A DNA stretch of 64,000 nucleotides from positions 620,001 to 684,000 of the forward strand of contig NC_019977.1 in assembly GCF_000328665.1 (NCBI RefSeq). Reading direction: 5' to 3'. The notes beneath the pieces are model-generated. The model was not told the origin of the DNA, ran no database searches, and saw nothing but the letters and a program-made list of their open reading frames with translations. Shown piece by piece: positions 10,922-20,528 of this stretch (its first letter is position 1; each line of letters opens with the position of its first letter). The position numbers and the translations under genes are program-made. The stretch is from Methanomethylovorans hollandica DSM 15978 (GTDB lineage: Archaea; Halobacteriota; Methanosarcinia; Methanosarcinales; Methanosarcinaceae).

Positions 10922-11713
10922 ATGAAGGTCCGGCTCGAAATAACAGGTGAAGACGGGACGCATGTAAATGTTGAATTTACAGGGGATGAATGGCAAAAAT
11001 GCCTGGTCACATTCATAGATTCTTTTACAGGAAAGAAAGTCCAGGCATCAGGACCTTCTTCTGCTTCTGTGACAAATTACACTGGTTCTTATCAACAGAT
11101 ACCATCACAACCTTCATCACAGGTCGTGCCGCAGTTTTATCAATCATCACCAACTTTTATGCAACCAGTGCCACAACCTTTCTTTTCACCACCGCAACCT
11201 TTGGCATATCCATATACGGTGTATCCGCAGTACCAGCAAATGGTGCCTCCAATGCATTCCAGTTACTTTCACCCGCCTGCGGCTCAATACGCAGCACCAT
11301 CACAACCTTCTAATCCATCTGTGAACCAGTATATACCTGTTGATAACACGCGGCAACAATCGCCGCAGCAACCACAGTTCAGGCAAGAACAGCCTGTAAC
11401 TTCAGTGCGCAAGGTTCCTTCTTTTCAGGAACAGATAGGGGATACTAAACTCACGATCAATGAACGGCTGGAACTGTTCCTCAAATATGAATATCCGCGT
11501 GTCTGGTTCTCATCTCAGGACATACAGCAGCACTACGAGAAAATATATGGTCCTATTAAGCTCAGTACAGTGTCAACCTATCTATCCCGTATGTTCGGTA
11601 AGGAAATTCTTGAGCGTAGAGGTAACAGGACACAGCGGGAGTACAGATATATTTCTGATGAACCTTCTGAGCTTCAGGTATATCAGAGTATTCCTCGTCA
11701 GAATATGATTTAA
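10922..11713 (+). CDS. Hypothetical protein with Q/P/S/Y-rich low-complexity linker and C-terminal winged-HTH-like domain
   Basis: WFSSQDIQQHYE...LSTVSTYLSRM...LERRG...REYRY wHTH-like pattern. Confidence 0.65.
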   Translation: MKVRLEITGEDGTHVNVEFTGDEWQKCLVTFIDSFTGKKVQASGPSSASVTNYTGSYQQIPSQPSSQVVPQFYQSSPTFMQPVPQPFFSPPQPLAYPYTVYPQYQQMVPPMHSSYFHPPAAQYAAPSQPSNPSVNQYIPVDNTRQQSPQQPQFRQEQPVTSVRKVPSFQEQIGDTKLTINERLELFLKYEYPRVWFSSQDIQQHYEKIYGPIKLSTVSTYLSRMFGKEILERRGNRTQREYRYISDEPSELQVYQSIPRQNMI

Positions 11714-11734
11714 GTACATCTTCTACTATTTTTT

Positions 11735-11980
11735 ATGGCATCCTCCAGAGATATTATCAGGATCGGTTACTATCTGATATCCATAGGGGTCTTGCTGCTG
11801 TTTGCAGGTTCTTTCTTTTCCACCATGCATAGTGACAGGGACACCGGAAACTCAGGTGGGCTTATACTGATCGGTCCAATCCCAATAGTTTTTGGTTCTT
11901 CTCCTCAGATCACCACTTATATGCTTTATGCGGGGTTCTTTATGTTCCTCATATACATTTTCATCCGGAGGAAAATGTGA
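11735..11980 (+). CDS. DUF131 (TIGR00304-like) membrane protein
   Basis: GGLILIGPIPIVFGS motif, two TM segments. Confidence 0.8.
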   Translation: MASSRDIIRIGYYLISIGVLLLFAGSFFSTMHSDRDTGNSGGLILIGPIPIVFGSSPQITTYMLYAGFFMFLIYIFIRRKM

Positions 11981-12300
11981 TGATAGCGCAAGTTCTGATC
12001 TCCCTGGGGATATTATCTGTGTTCATTGGTTCTATTCTGGTCCTGATCGGTAATTCGATTTCTTCAGGCGAAGGTAGTAGTGAGCAAGGATATAACACTG
12101 CACGTTATCAGACAAGTGATGGCAGTGCACAGCCTCATAAGATTCCGGAAGGTGTATTCACACAGCCAGAAGTGCGAGGCGCAGGTATCATTATGCTGGG
12201 TCCGATACCTATAATCCTTGGTACGGACAGCAAAAGTGTGCAGACCCTCATACTGCTTACCATAGTTCTGATGCTCATGGCTTTTTTCCTTTTCAGGTGA
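11977..12300 (+). CDS. DUF131 (TIGR00304-like) membrane protein, paralog
   Basis: GAGIIMLGPIPIILGTD motif; overlaps previous stop. Confidence 0.8.
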   Translation: MMIAQVLISLGILSVFIGSILVLIGNSISSGEGSSEQGYNTARYQTSDGSAQPHKIPEGVFTQPEVRGAGIIMLGPIPIILGTDSKSVQTLILLTIVLMLMAFFLFR

Positions 12301-12488
12301 ATCTTCTATGTATATTAGATTCACAGGTCCATAAGATCCAATCTGTTCACAAGCTTCTACATATTTACTGAAAACATGTGATCATGTTTTTTGAGTGAAC
12401 ATTCTGGTCTGTTCTTTTTCAGTGTGAAAATCTGACCACATTTTACCATGCATACTTTTATACTCCTTTAATAAGATAAAACGAGAAT

Positions 12489-14468
12489 ATGCGCCCTTTC
12501 ACATTAGTATCTGAATATTGTCCGAAAGGTGACCAGCCGGAGGCCATATCCCGGCTTACTGAAGGTATTAACAAAGGAGCAAAACACCAGACATTGCTAG
12601 GTGTAACCGGTTCAGGTAAGACCTTCACAATAGCTAACGTGATCCAGAATGTGCAGCAGCCTACCCTTGTGATAGCGCATAACAAGACCCTTGCAGCACA
12701 ATTGTTCTCTGAGTTCAGAGAGTTCTTCCCGAACAATGCCGTTGAATACTTTGTCAGTTACTATGACTATTACCAGCCCGAAGCTTATCTTCCCACTACG
12801 GATACGTATATCGAAAAAGATGCTTCCATCAACGACGAGATCGAAAGGCTACGCCTGTCTGCCACCAGATCTCTGATGGAGCGCAGAGATGTGATCGTAG
12901 TTTCAAGTGTCTCCTGTATCTACAGCCTGGGTTCACCACAGGAATGGCGTGCTATGACTGTGATGCTCACTGTAGGTGAAGAGATAGATCGCTCTGCTTT
13001 GTTTGCAGATCTAATTAATATCCAGTATGAGCGTAATGATATAGAACCTTCACAGGGCACCTTCCGCTCAAAGGGCGATACTATAGAGGTATTCCCGGCT
13101 CAGGAGAAGCGGGGCATAAGGATAGAACTGTTCGGTGATGAGATCGAAAGGATAGCCTATTTCGAGCCGCTCACAGGCAAGGTGCAGGAAGAACTGGGCA
13201 CGGGGGAGACACTGGGCATATATCCTGCAAAGCATTTCGTGATGCCTCAGGAATACATAGATAAGGCACTTGTAGAAATTGAGGAGGAACTTCGGGGACA
13301 GCTTGCCAGACTGCGGGCTGAGAACAAACTGCTTGAAGTGCAGCGTCTGGAGCAGAGAACAAAGTTCGATATGGAAATGATAAAAGAATTAGGGTATTGT
13401 AGTGGTATAGAGAACTATTCAAGGCATTTTGATGGCAGAAAACCCGGGGAACCACCTTCTTCACTGCTGGATTTCTTCCCTGAGGACTATCTGATGGTTA
13501 TCGATGAGTCACATGTTACCATTCCTCAGATCAGAGGTATGTACAATGGTGACAGGGCGAGAAAAGAATCACTTGTAACATACGGTTTCAGATTACCTTC
13601 GGCTTTGGACAACAGGCCTCTGAAATATGATGAATTCGCAAAGCGTATCAATAATGTCATCTACGTTTCTGCCACTCCCGCAGAATATGAGGTGGAGATG
13701 AGCAAGTCCGTGGTGGAACAGATTATCCGCCCCACCGGGCTTGTGGACCCGCAGATCACTATTCGTCCCGTGGGGAATCAGGTGGATGACCTTATAGGAG
13801 AAGTGTCTAAAGTGACTGAAAAGGGTTACAGGACACTTGTCACCACTCTTACCAAGCGAATGGCAGAGGAGCTCACTGACTACCTGCATGAGCTGGGTAT
13901 CAGGGTGCGCTATATGCATTCGGGTATCGATACCATTCAGCGGACTGAGATCATCCGCAGTCTGCGCAAGGGTGATTTCGATGTGCTTGTGGGTATTAAC
14001 CTTCTGCGTGAGGGGCTGGACATCCCTGAGGTTGCGCTGGTTGCAATACTGGACGCAGACAAAGAAGGGTTTTTACGATCTGAAAGATCTCTTATCCAGA
14101 CAATAGGCAGGGCATCGAGGAACGCTGAAGGCAGGGTCATATTATACGCTGACAATATCACAGGATCTATAGAGCGTGCTGTGAATGAAACGAACAGGCG
14201 TCGCAAGCTGCAGATGGAATTCAACGAACAGCATGGCATAATTCCCCAGACCATCAGGAAAGCCTTGCAGCGTGAACTTGTAGAAGTGGAAGACTCAGTG
14301 GTTTCTGAGGCTCTTGCGCTGGCAGAGGACAAGTCGGAGAAAGAAATGGCAGATATGATCATTGACCTTGAAGCAGAGATGCATCTTGCTGCAAAGAACC
14401 TGGAATTTGAGAGGGCTGCAGAGCTTCGTGACATGATCAAAGAACTGCGTGCAAGCTATTCACTGTGA
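12489..14468 (+). CDS. uvrB: Excinuclease ABC subunit B
   Basis: [23 protein letters not shown]-terminal UVR ([11 protein letters not shown]). Confidence 0.97.
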   Translation: MRPFTLVSEYCPKGDQPEAISRLTEGINKGAKHQTLLGVTGSGKTFTIANVIQNVQQPTLVIAHNKTLAAQLFSEFREFFPNNAVEYFVSYYDYYQPEAYLPTTDTYIEKDASINDEIERLRLSATRSLMERRDVIVVSSVSCIYSLGSPQEWRAMTVMLTVGEEIDRSALFADLINIQYERNDIEPSQGTFRSKGDTIEVFPAQEKRGIRIELFGDEIERIAYFEPLTGKVQEELGTGETLGIYPAKHFVMPQEYIDKALVEIEEELRGQLARLRAENKLLEVQRLEQRTKFDMEMIKELGYCSGIENYSRHFDGRKPGEPPSSLLDFFPEDYLMVIDESHVTIPQIRGMYNGDRARKESLVTYGFRLPSALDNRPLKYDEFAKRINNVIYVSATPAEYEVEMSKSVVEQIIRPTGLVDPQITIRPVGNQVDDLIGEVSKVTEKGYRTLVTTLTKRMAEELTDYLHELGIRVRYMHSGIDTIQRTEIIRSLRKGDFDVLVGINLLREGLDIPEVALVAILDADKEGFLRSERSLIQTIGRASRNAEGRVILYADNITGSIERAVNETNRRRKLQMEFNEQHGIIPQTIRKALQRELVEVEDSVVSEALALAEDKSEKEMADMIIDLEAEMHLAAKNLEFERAAELRDMIKELRASYSL

Positions 14469-14629
14469 ATATACAGTGTTTTTCAGTTTTCAAATGTGAT
14501 CTGTCTGTGAACAGTGAATGAGCACTTATGTTTTATCTTTGGTTTTTTATTGTGCTCTTTCACACATTAATGGTGATATGATGATGCGAAAAAGTTATAT
14601 TACAAAAAGACGTGTATAGGCTACTCAAT

Positions 14630-14701
14630 GCGCCGATGGTCTAGCGGCTATGACTGGGGCCTTCCAAGCCCTAAACCCGGGTTCGAATCCCGGTTGGCGC
14701 A
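14630..14701 (+). tRNA. tRNA-Gly (TCC)
   Basis: GCGCCGA...GGGGCCTTCCAAGCCCT...GGTTCGAATCC...TTGGCGCA; upstream AAAAGTTATAT promoter. Confidence 0.95.
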
Positions 14702-14831
14702 TAAATTTATCATTTTTCAGCGCAGTTATTTATTTTGCTTTTCCAGTCCTTTAAGTACTAACGCAGATATACTCATAGTATTGTTGTGATGAGTGAATAC
14801 TGTAGTTGTGCACATTTAAGGGGGAAACATC

Positions 14832-15329
14832 ATGTCTGTGAAAAAAGCTGAATATACGGTATTAAGGGTTCTGGGAGAAGGTGTTGAAATACGGCAATAT
14901 CCAAAACAAACGCTTATTTCAACTGATGCAAAGGATAAGGACACTGCTTTCTCAATACTTGCAAATTACATTTTCGGGGGTAACTCTGAAGGCATTAGAA
15001 TAAGTATGACCACACCTGTGACAACAGTGCTGAGTGATAATGGCCTGCAGATGTCTTTCGTACTTCCCCTTGGTTATTATGCGGACAATGCTCCGAACCC
15101 CAGGGATGAACGTATCACTATTCGGGATTTAGATCCTCGTAAGATTGCAACTACACGTTTTTCCGGTTATCTCAACAAAGAGAAGTATGTGCAGAAGAAG
15201 CATGAACTCACTGAGATCCTAAAGCTTGAAAGTATTGCTGTGAAGGGTGATGCCTTCATGATGCAGTACGATCCTCCATGGGTGATTCCTATGCTGCGTC
15301 ACAACGAAGTAGCTATAGAGGTAGAGTGA
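14832..15329 (+). CDS. SOUL family heme-binding protein
   Basis: EIRQYP, AFSILANYIFGGN, ISMTTPV, MSFVLP, YDPPW...RHNEV. Confidence 0.88.
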   Translation: MSVKKAEYTVLRVLGEGVEIRQYPKQTLISTDAKDKDTAFSILANYIFGGNSEGIRISMTTPVTTVLSDNGLQMSFVLPLGYYADNAPNPRDERITIRDLDPRKIATTRFSGYLNKEKYVQKKHELTEILKLESIAVKGDAFMMQYDPPWVIPMLRHNEVAIEVE

Positions 15330-15330
15330 T

Positions 15331-16689
15331 TTGTATCATAAAGTACTTTTCATCTTCAGGCGGGATCTGCGTATAGATGATAATACCGGCCTGATCGAGG
15401 CTCTTCACTCTTCACATACAGTATTGCCTTGTTTTATCTTTGATCCCAGGTTGCTGGAAGATGGTAAATACAGTAAGAATGCTCTGCAATTCATGCTGGG
15501 GTCCATCAAGGACCTGGAAGCTCAGCTTAATGCACTGGGTGGCAGGTTGTATCTGTTTTCAGGTTTACCTCATGAGGTCACTGCAAAGCTGATCGGTGAA
15601 GAGAATATAGATGCTGTTATTGTGAACCATGACTATACTCCATTCAGTGTTCACAGGGATGGGGCGATATCTGCAGTGTGTGCAGAGCATGGATCAGAGT
15701 TCCATCAGTTCCATGATGCAACACTCCAGGTGCCAGGTTCTGTGAAAACTCAGCAGGGAAAGATGTATCAGGTATTTACACAATTCTTCAGGGCAGCCAG
15801 CAAGCTCCAGGTGGAGGTGCCAGTGCCAGTTAAGAAGGGTGCATTCTTTAATTCAGACGTCTCAGGTGCCCTTGAGATAATTCCAGAATTCGATCACAAT
15901 AATCAAGAACTGTTTGTACATGGCGGGCGCAGCAATGCGCTGGAAGTGCTGTCCGATCTGAGCGGGTTTATGGATTACGACAGGCTGCGTAACATCCCTT
16001 CCAGGATGGGTACTACCGGCCTTTCGGCTCATAACAGGTTCGGAACAGTTTCCATCCGGGAAGTCTACCATTCTTTCATGGACGAGCTTGGACCTGACCA
16101 CACTCTGATCAGTGAGCTTTACTGGAGGGATTTCTTCATTCAGCTTGCTGCTGGTCATCCCAGGGTATTCGGACGCGCTTTCAGGGAAAAGTTCGATGGA
16201 CTTCAGTGGGATAATGACCCCGTAAGATTCCAGGCCTGGTGCGAGGGCAGCACAGGTTTTCCTATAGTGGATGCCGGAATGCGGCAGCTTGCTACTACCG
16301 GTTATATGCACAACAGGGTAAGGATGATAGTGGCTTCTTTTCTTGTGAAGGACCTGCACATCGACTGGCGATGGGGTGAACGATACTTTGCCCGGAAGCT
16401 TGTGGATTATGATCCGTGTGTCAACAATGGCAACTGGCAGTGGGCAGCATCCACAGGTGCGGATGCAACTCCATATTTCAGGATCTTCAATCCCTGGCTG
16501 CAGCAGCAGAAATTCGATCCAGAGTGTGAATACATTAAGAAATGGGTGCCTGAACTGAGGAACATGAGCTCGCAGGACATCCATGCTCTGGAGAAACATA
16601 TCCCGCCACAGGGTATCGGATATCCTCCGGTGATTGTAGACCATAAGGCGGAGAAAGATAAAACGCTTATAATGTTCAGATCGGTATGA
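15331..16689 (+). CDS. phr: Deoxyribodipyrimidine photolyase (class I/III-like)
   Basis: FRRDLRIDDN, ELYWRDF, TGFPIVDAGMRQL, MHNRVRM, DYD...NNGNWQW. Confidence 0.9.
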   Translation: MYHKVLFIFRRDLRIDDNTGLIEALHSSHTVLPCFIFDPRLLEDGKYSKNALQFMLGSIKDLEAQLNALGGRLYLFSGLPHEVTAKLIGEENIDAVIVNHDYTPFSVHRDGAISAVCAEHGSEFHQFHDATLQVPGSVKTQQGKMYQVFTQFFRAASKLQVEVPVPVKKGAFFNSDVSGALEIIPEFDHNNQELFVHGGRSNALEVLSDLSGFMDYDRLRNIPSRMGTTGLSAHNRFGTVSIREVYHSFMDELGPDHTLISELYWRDFFIQLAAGHPRVFGRAFREKFDGLQWDNDPVRFQAWCEGSTGFPIVDAGMRQLATTGYMHNRVRMIVASFLVKDLHIDWRWGERYFARKLVDYDPCVNNGNWQWAASTGADATPYFRIFNPWLQQQKFDPECEYIKKWVPELRNMSSQDIHALEKHIPPQGIGYPPVIVDHKAEKDKTLIMFRSV

Positions 16690-16787
16690 TAAAGCTTTTA
16701 GCCCATTTCTCTGGTCACTTCCCGGTGAAACCTTTTAAATAGTTGGATGTTCGGTTAAATAGCCTGTTAATTGTTCAAAGGATAAAA

Positions 16788-18149
16788 ATGGTAACTGAGG
16801 AGCAGCTGCGTTCTGAAAGCATCTGGAAGCTTTTCCAGAGATTCGTTTTTCCGGCCATTGTAGGTATTCTGGTGGCTGGTGTCCAGACCATAATCGATGG
16901 ATATTTTATAGGCAATGGCGTAGGTAGCCAGGGGCTTGCAGGCGTCACTCTGGCTTTTCCGGTGGTGATGTGCATTGTTGCTCTAGGAGTGATGATGGGT
17001 ATGGGCTCTTCCAGCCTTGTGGCTCTTGAGCTTGGCAGATCCAACAGATATAAGGCAGGAAAGATAGTAGCCAATGTTTTCCCTCTTGTGTTCGTTGTGG
17101 CTGTTGTTGTCACAATAGCTGGTCTTGCATTTGGCGACTCGCTTTTGAGCTTGTTTGCCGCGCCTGCAGTAGTACAGGACATGGCACATGACTACTTATA
17201 TGCGATATTCATTGGCTCTGTGTTCTTCCTGCTTACCATCACCCTTGACCCGCTTGTCAGGAATGATGGTTATCCGATGGTATCCATGAACATCATGGTG
17301 ATCTCCGTATTGATCAACCTGGTGCTTGACTATGTATTTGTCATGAGGATGGATATGGGGGTGACCGGGGCAGCCATTGCAACGGTAATAGCTTTTGCGG
17401 TAAGTGCGGTTCGTTTGACGCTACATTTCTTTAGCAGCAAGGCAGGTCTGCGGATCAGCTTTAGTAATATGATGTTTGAACTTCAGACCGTAAAGAGAAT
17501 TATGGAGGCAGGTTTGCCTTCCTTTGCCATGCAGATCTCGGTGTCTATACTGTCCTTTGCTCATAATTTCGTGTTATTGCAATATGGTTCCGATGCCGAT
17601 GTATCAGCCTATGGGATAATGGGTTATTCTTTCTCCATATTTTACATGCTCTTCGAGGGTATTGCTTTGGGGGTGCAGCCGATCATCGGATTCAATTATG
17701 GTGCAGGTTTGTATAGCAGAGTGCGTAGCACCCTGAAACTTGCAATTGCTACATGTGTAGCTGTGGGTGCTTTGGGGTTTGTGCTATTCTTCCTGTTCCC
17801 GGAAAAAGTGGTGCAGTTTTTTACTCCCGATGATCCGTTCCTTCTTGAGGTCACTGTGGGAGGCATGAGGATATTTGTGCTTTCATTGGTTGTACAGGGT
17901 GTGGTGGTTGTGAACGCCACATACTTCCAGTCCATAAACCGGGTCAGGTCTGCCCTGTTCATTCACATGGGCAAGATATTCATCTTCTTGCTGCCCCTTC
18001 TGTTCACATTGCCCCTGGTATTTGGGCTCAAAGGAATCTGGTTTGCAACCCCCGCAGCCGATTACCTGATGTTCTTCATAGTGATGATCATGCTTGCCGA
18101 AGAACTGAAGGAGCTACAAGATGAAAATAAGGCGTGTGATTATAACTGA
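16788..18149 (+). CDS. MATE family efflux transporter
   Basis: About 12 TMs; IDGYFIGNGVG, QPIIGFNYGA. Confidence 0.9.
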   Translation: MVTEEQLRSESIWKLFQRFVFPAIVGILVAGVQTIIDGYFIGNGVGSQGLAGVTLAFPVVMCIVALGVMMGMGSSSLVALELGRSNRYKAGKIVANVFPLVFVVAVVVTIAGLAFGDSLLSLFAAPAVVQDMAHDYLYAIFIGSVFFLLTITLDPLVRNDGYPMVSMNIMVISVLINLVLDYVFVMRMDMGVTGAAIATVIAFAVSAVRLTLHFFSSKAGLRISFSNMMFELQTVKRIMEAGLPSFAMQISVSILSFAHNFVLLQYGSDADVSAYGIMGYSFSIFYMLFEGIALGVQPIIGFNYGAGLYSRVRSTLKLAIATCVAVGALGFVLFFLFPEKVVQFFTPDDPFLLEVTVGGMRIFVLSLVVQGVVVVNATYFQSINRVRSALFIHMGKIFIFLLPLLFTLPLVFGLKGIWFATPAADYLMFFIVMIMLAEELKELQDENKACDYN

Positions 18150-18230
18150 TCTACTCAAAAACAACTTGATATTCACCAGATTCCGCAATATTAATATGTG
18201 AAGTACTTATTTACAACATATTCCTTTTGT

Positions 18231-18318
18231 GCGGGGGTTGCCCAGCCAGGTCAAAGGCGCAGGGCTTAGGACCCTGTTTCGTAGGAATTCGTGGGTTCGA
18301 ATCCCACCCCCCGCACCA
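18231..18318 (+). tRNA. tRNA-Leu (TAG), encoded CCA
   Basis: GCGGGGG...CAGGGCTTAGGACCCTG, long variable arm, GGTTCGAATCC...CCCCCGCACCA. Confidence 0.96.
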
Positions 18319-18541
18319 ATATGAAATACAGTTAACACCGAAAAACAATACTCTATAAAATTTGTTTTAATCCCCTCTTTTTGCTTCTATAACTAACACT
18401 ATATTTTTAAAAATCTATGGTGTCGGTTACATTGCTGGTTTTGCATGAGGCTATTGGGAGCTGGCAGTGGAAATACTATCTTAGCGGCATTAGTGTGGTC
18501 GGGAGCAGAATCTAAAAAGGGAAGGTACTCTTGAATGTTCA

Positions 18542-18841
18542 CTAACAGCAGGACCCGTCCTCTCCTCCGCAACAGCATTCACTACTATCCATATCCTTAC
18601 CTCTTAGTGCAGCCCCTATCATTGCCCATGCGCAGCCTACACCGCTCTGGACTTCTATTGCCTGGACAGGACAGTTACGGGCACATGCACCGCATTCCAT
18701 ACATGCAGCAGGTCGCATGAGTTCAACATGTCCTTTTCCTTCGCCAAAGACTTCATGAGGGCACACATGGGTACACCGCAGACAGTTGATACACTTTTCA
18801 GGATAGTATTGTAGAGTATTTTCTATATATGAATTAAACAT
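18542..18841 (-). CDS. hgcB: Mercury methylation ferredoxin HgcB
   Basis: Two CxxCxxCxxxC motifs (CMECGACARNCP), GVGCA, Cys-rich C-terminus ending CC; TGATG coupling to hgcA. Confidence 0.92.
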   Translation of the reverse strand: MFNSYIENTLQYYPEKCINCLRCTHVCPHEVFGEGKGHVELMRPAACMECGACARNCPVQAIEVQSGVGCAWAMIGAALRGKDMDSSECCCGGEDGSCC

Positions 18842-19911
18842 CAGACCAGCTCCATAAATCTCATTGCTCCTAAGATCATCAGGAGCAGAATTCCGCAGCC
18901 TGCCAGAAGTGCTATAATGGGTACATATCGATAGATCTCTTTTTTGACACCGGTCCTTGAAGTGAATGTTGTACAGCCTGTGAAGTTAAGGGCCAGGTAT
19001 GCGGTTGTAGCTGGCATGGTCACAATTAAAGCCAATGATATGATCGCTTTTGTTAAGAGGGGCATTACAGGATTTGCTGCAAAGGAAATTGTAAAAGGAA
19101 TTGCGACCAACAGTCCAAGAATAAGCCCTTTAGTGCTGAAATCATGCGTGGGAATTAACGGAAGCAGGGCAGGAAACAGTACAGTGCCTGTAATTACCGT
19201 GGTGATCGCAGCAAGGGCTGCAAGAGGACCTGCCAGAAGGTAAAGAATAATAGCCGCAGCTATTGTGGGAACTATTGCATGTCTCAATTCCACCGGTGTG
19301 AGCACCAGCCGGTCTTTTAACGCAAAATGCACCCTGCGCATTTCAGGTGTTGCCTTGTGTGTTTTAAGATATTCCGGCAGATCACTGGCACGGACAGGAC
19401 CAAATTCTACCTTGAATCCCGACCTGTTTTGTACTTCATGTGCTGAGATTCCCGGGGCTCCAAGCTGCGGCACTATGACAGTACGGTGGCGGACAATATT
19501 AGAAAGTCCCGACCACATAATACGTTTTACTAGCTCGTCTGTCCCGAATGTGCCTTTGCCTGCAGCACACCATACATTAATTCCCTTTGTATCCAGCACA
19601 AGGATATAACCAGTCAGTACCTGCAAGCGCACAGCATCAAAGCTAAGCGTGTAGTTTGCCGACGCAAAAACCAAAGACTCCGAAGTAGGGTTCCCTAGTT
19701 TGTAAAGACCGGGTTTTACGGTGTGTCCCGTCCGATTCACACCCAAACGGGCAAAGACATGGTCAAGCCTGTTTTTAAGAGTTAGTCCACTTGTAGTCGT
19801 TAGAATTTCAGATGCCTGCATCTTACTGGTCAGAGTGATGAACTGATTTTTATCTGACCGGGGTGCACATGAGCAAGAGGCACTGCTATTTTTCTCACTG
19901 GTCATGGTCAT
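18841..19911 (-). CDS. hgcA: Mercury methylation corrinoid protein HgcA
   Basis: Cap-helix motif GINVWCAAGKGTFG, ANYTLSFD, PQLGAPG, C-terminal TM domain with NFTGCTTFTS. Confidence 0.95.
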   Translation of the reverse strand: MTMTSEKNSSASCSCAPRSDKNQFITLTSKMQASEILTTTSGLTLKNRLDHVFARLGVNRTGHTVKPGLYKLGNPTSESLVFASANYTLSFDAVRLQVLTGYILVLDTKGINVWCAAGKGTFGTDELVKRIMWSGLSNIVRHRTVIVPQLGAPGISAHEVQNRSGFKVEFGPVRASDLPEYLKTHKATPEMRRVHFALKDRLVLTPVELRHAIVPTIAAAIILYLLAGPLAALAAITTVITGTVLFPALLPLIPTHDFSTKGLILGLLVAIPFTISFAANPVMPLLTKAIISLALIVTMPATTAYLALNFTGCTTFTSRTGVKKEIYRYVPIIALLAGCGILLLMILGAMRFMELV

Positions 19912-19920
19912 GTCTCCTGT

Positions 19921-20211
19921 TCAATCACCTTTATGTATCAATGGTTCAAGTACTTCTTTTACCATTCCGCTAAGATCCTCTGCCTTAATAAGAGCGAGAC
20001 AGCAGATACTACCTTCTTTTTCCCAACTTATCAAAGCAAGTTTAGTTCCCGTCTTAATTCCAGCTTTTTCCCGTACCTCTTTTGGGAGTACCATCTGTCC
20101 TCTCTCATCAATATTAAGGATCGCCTCTACGTTGTATGCAGAACAGGGGTTACACTCGCACATGGATCCATCAGGACTACGTGCTTCGTTAGATGCCCTC
20201 TTTTTAGTCAT
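19921..20211 (-). CDS. hgcC: HgcAB-associated AbrB/MazE-fold protein
   Basis: VEAILNIDERGQMVLPKEVREKAGI AbrB motif, Cys-rich; 9 bp upstream of hgcA. Confidence 0.75.
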   Translation of the reverse strand: MTKKRASNEARSPDGSMCECNPCSAYNVEAILNIDERGQMVLPKEVREKAGIKTGTKLALISWEKEGSICCLALIKAEDLSGMVKEVLEPLIHKGD

Positions 20212-20528
20212 TCAAATCCTCATGTTAAACAAGGTTTTCAGTATATATCTACTTTTCTGAAAAATCAGATATAACTGATATCACTAATATAACTTCTAGT
20301 ATCTACTAATGTTCAAAAGAAAAAACAGAAAAATATTGCATGTTAATGATGACATTCTGATTGTAGTCAATTGGTTTTTATTATTAAAATAATTACTAGG
20401 TTAAAAACGACTTGTATATTGGAGCCATTGCTTCCTATCCCTCTTACAGCATGTCTTTGAAAAATTAACAAGTGTTTAATAGAAATGACCTTTAAAGATG
20501 AGTCTATAATACATTACAAGGTTACAGA

